Positions 60,676-64,000 of a stretch of 64,000 nucleotides of DNA are shown here, piece by piece; within the stretch, counting starts at the first letter, position 1, and each line of letters starts with the position of its first letter. The stretch comes from Patellaria atrata CBS 101060 (taxonomy: Eukaryota). Under the pieces are notes generated by a model, which worked only from the letters and a program-made list of their open reading frames with translations, was not told the origin of the DNA and made no database searches. A program made the translations under genes and the position numbers. The stretch is from the NCBI GenBank assembly GCA_010093705.1, contig MU006091.1:434001-498000 (forward strand), in the 5' to 3' direction.

Positions 60676-63038
60676 CTATGATACTAGAACCCAAGCGACC
60701 AAACTCCCCAAACCGACCGCGAGCACCAGATTCCGCCGCGGGATGCTCATTCCGGTGGCTGCACTCGTATTACTCGACTCCGCCGGCGGCGGTCTGATGG
60801 TCGCCTGTTCCTCGCTCTCCATCCTCGTCCTGCTGCTCCTGCCCACGCAGGCATCCCTATCGAACCATCCGCCGGGACCGCCCCACGTCGCGCTCGCGAC
60901 ATCATTCCACAGATCCCTCACGTCTAAGATATGTTGTGGGCGATACCAGAGCCTGCAGTCTGCCGTCTCATTCGTGAACTGCGTCGGGATCTTGCTCGGG
61001 TTGCCGTCGGCGCCTAGGCGGATGCTGTCTTGGAAGTTGACGGTGGCGTCGAAGGGCGTGATGGCGAAGGGGGCGGGCAGGATGGATTCCCAGTCGCGCA
61101 GTTCGCTGACAGAGGAGGCGAAGTTTTGAAGCACGTATTCGGAGATGGCGAGGAGGTAGTCTGCGTTTAGGACTGAGGAGCCCTTGGTGCCGCCCACGGG
61201 CTGCATGGGACCGGGTTGTGGACGACCGCCCACTGCGAGGACACGGACGGGAGTAGGGATGGATTTAGTGAGCATTTCGGTGAATATGGCGCAGGTAGAA
61301 GCGCAGATGCCATCGGAAAGCTAAAGATGCTATCAGCAAGTACTTGATGGTCTAAGCTAGGACAACTCACTATGACAATATTGTCTGGATCAAATGGCGG
61401 ATCTGTGAAGTTGGACCGGTCGCTCATTCCAGTCAAAGTGATACCCAGACCGAAACGCTCGCTCTGCGTTAGGAGAGGATCCGAGAGGTTGTAGCGTAAA
61501 GTGTCAGTGAATCCGTCACCGTTATCGGTAAACGGACCAAACATGTCTTTCCAGTCGCTAAACGCTTTCTGGTTCGTATCGAGATAGCTGCGGAAATTGA
61601 ACGGACTGGCAAACGCATTGCCGTTGATAGCATTCATCCTAAGCGTAGAGATATGTTCTCCTAGAATATTGGCGCCGTCATGCGCTCGATATCTGCTACC
61701 ACCATACGGTTCAACATTCGGGAAGAACTGCTTGAAGGTTTCGTAACCTAGGAAGATCTTTCCACCACCGTTCGTTCGCAGGTCGATGATAATCTTCTCC
61801 GTTCTTCTCCTCTTACACTCTGCCAGAAATGTCTCTAGCACCATTTGCCAGATCCTAGCATCGCTGTTATCATCCGTGTTGAATGTCTGAAGCATCAGAA
61901 CGGCTACGCCATCCAAATCATCACGATCGAGAAAGTAACCTGCAAGTGATACATCCTCCGCTGGATGTTCGATGAACGGCACAGGGTAATCAGCTGGTGT
62001 GGCGCGTTTTACGTGCTTCTTCTTGATTTCCGCCATGTCGCGAGGGAGTATCATCCGCTCCGGAATCTTGACTTTGTACTCTGGGATCTCCTCCTGACGC
62101 TTTCTCTTGCGCATACTGTAGTCTCCAGCTACGAACGTATTATAAAACGAAACACCGTCCGTGATATCCTCCCAGGAAGTAGGATATCGAACAACAGCAC
62201 CATTAGTGTAATCAAGAGTCGTGCCGTTTTCGAATGTCAAACTCATAGTTGGGCCAGGATACTTCCTTGGGCTGTTGAAGAAGCCGAATGATTCCGCCGG
62301 GCCAAGGTAGAAGAGAGAATTCCATCTCGCGTCCGGGTCATGATACGGCATTCCATCAGCTTCTCTTTTCAAAACCTCCATTACATCCTCTCCGCTTATT
62401 TTGGTCACCGGTGACGGTGCAACTCTGCTATTTCTGCTCATCATTAGATCAAAAAGCGCATATATCTTCGGCATTTCTCCATCGAAAGACATTGACACTA
62501 GCGCTGCTTCCAACGGTCTTCTCCATCTGAAGGTTCCCGAAAACACCATTCCTTCCCAACCCAAGTGTCCATCGTGCGCACATTGTAAGAGGTCCGCAAT
62601 ATCCGCTTCAAAATCATATTCATTATTATATCTTCCAGCGTACACCTTGTCTGTTATATTATTGAGGCCAGTATTAATATCGACAGGTCCTTCCGAATAT
62701 TCTGTCGGTGGGTTTGACATATACGTTATCGTTGATTGAAATTGCAGCATTCGAACAATTGCTTCCAGTGTATCTTCTGCATCTAGCTGAACAAACGGAA
62801 CGGATTTCAAACAATCATATGCTAGCTCTGCCGATACCAGTTGTGTGCCAGTTAGTAGTACATCGTTTACCTGCGCGCATGGAACAGCCGTGCTGGTAGG
62901 TAGTGTAAGAGATATCGTCGCTCCTAGTGTTTCCTCTGGTAGAAGGTCCAATGTCGTTGATGGTGGTCTTTCGAACTGTGCATATGCCCGCGTAGCAATG
63001 ACTGACAGCAGTAGTAATATGGATGTTGTATGAGACAT
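60676..63038 (-). CDS. Secreted, probably GPI-anchored peptidase S41 (CPAF-like) family protein
   Basis: Signal peptide, AHDGH, KIIIDLRTNGGG, IVI|LSDGICASTCAIF (catalytic Ser region) and VGGRP..GPMQPVGGTKG. Ser/Thr spacer and hydrophobic C-terminus. Intron 61321-61370. Confidence 0.88.
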
Positions 63039-64000
63039 TGTTAGGAGGGGAGGGAGGGGTGAGAGGTGGGGATGGTCCCCGTTGAATAATTCGATCTGGT
63101 CCTAATATTGCGGGCTCCTCACGCGTGTGCGAACGGGATTATTGTTTATATCTTCTTGAAGTTGGGAGCTAATAGTAAACTCAAATGCCGCGTAACTCCG
63201 TGCGCTTTTACGTTACGCTTACTGGTTCAGATTTTGGAAGATTCTATGCATGACAATGCAAAGCAAGCGAGAGATTGAATGGGACGAGTAACGAATGAAA
63301 AGAGATATAAGATATTTAGTATAGACTAAGTAAAAGCGAATAAAAAAGGAAATACCGAAAGCAAGAAAAGGGTAAAACGGTAAGGAGAAGCACAGACGGA
63401 GAGGTATATGAAAGAGAGAATCAAGTTACGCTTCGTCGTTCTTCCATTTGCAGACGCCATCTCAAACGCTTGCTGCTAGAGGTGCCTAGATATGCGGCTG
63501 ATACGGATCTATGACCTGCCAAGTTGCTTGGAACACCTCCTTTCGTCAGGGGTTTTGGTGTTTTACGATGTCGCATAGACTGCATAGAGCTGGATGACAT
63601 TTAACATCGCCAAAAGCGTGCCGAATTCAATCACGGCGTACGTGAGACAACACTCTGCCTTATAAGACCCATAACTCTAAGGATACGTTAGCAGGAAGAT
63701 GCAGTCATCACTGACGGCTACTGTGTTGAGAAACGAAGTTCTTGGGAAAAGTTGAAAGAAGAGAGTTAGTGAAGAGACGAAATCATAAACTGGGAGCCGA
63801 GAAGAGACGAAAATGGCAGAAGATGGCTCGTGCGCACTTTCCCCACATAACATCTCGTGCGTCAGCTTCTCAGCCTTGTACTTATCCGGTAAGCCTGTAG
63901 AACTTAAGGTATTGTACGCGCACCCCACCAGCCCCAACCTCATATTATTAGATGTCGACCACGTTTCTAACAACTTGTCAAATATATTTTCTCAAGATCC

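Noticed and set aside
1..64000. Secondary-metabolite cluster, Starship or intact transposon
   Set aside because: No PKS/NRPS/terpene backbone, tyrosine-recombinase captain, transposase or reverse transcriptase motifs were recognised.

Overview
Gene-dense euchromatic segment from a filamentous ascomycete (Pezizomycotina-type; short GT-AG introns with CTRAY branch points). No prokaryotic features, rRNA, tRNA or intact transposon were seen. I reconstructed 19 protein-coding genes by hand. Recognisable genes: WD-propeller inositol polyphosphate 5-phosphatase (5' truncated), GFA/CENP-V protein, chromodomain + HDA2/3-like coiled-coil protein, AIM6-like phosphodiesterase, SDH3, WDR89-like protein, cysteinyl-tRNA synthetase, aftiphilin-like protein, AIG1/GIMAP-like GTPase, JEN1-type transporter, SPO11 head-to-head with CAF-1 large subunit, PP2A B56/RTS1, TFIIIC Tfc1 (spans a 241-N gap) and a secreted S41 peptidase. 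There are also three orphan ORFs (2063, 355 and about 550 aa), an amidoligase-family pseudogene and two degenerate ~200-230 bp tandem arrays. I found no clear multi-gene novel system. The best leads are the two possibly related repeat arrays, the chromo-HDA2/3 fusion, the aftiphilin-like assignment, the Zn-ribbon-tailed GTPase, the giant repeat-built orphan and the MCB-rich SPO11/CAC1 bidirectional promoter. All family calls come from motif recognition; no database searches were run.
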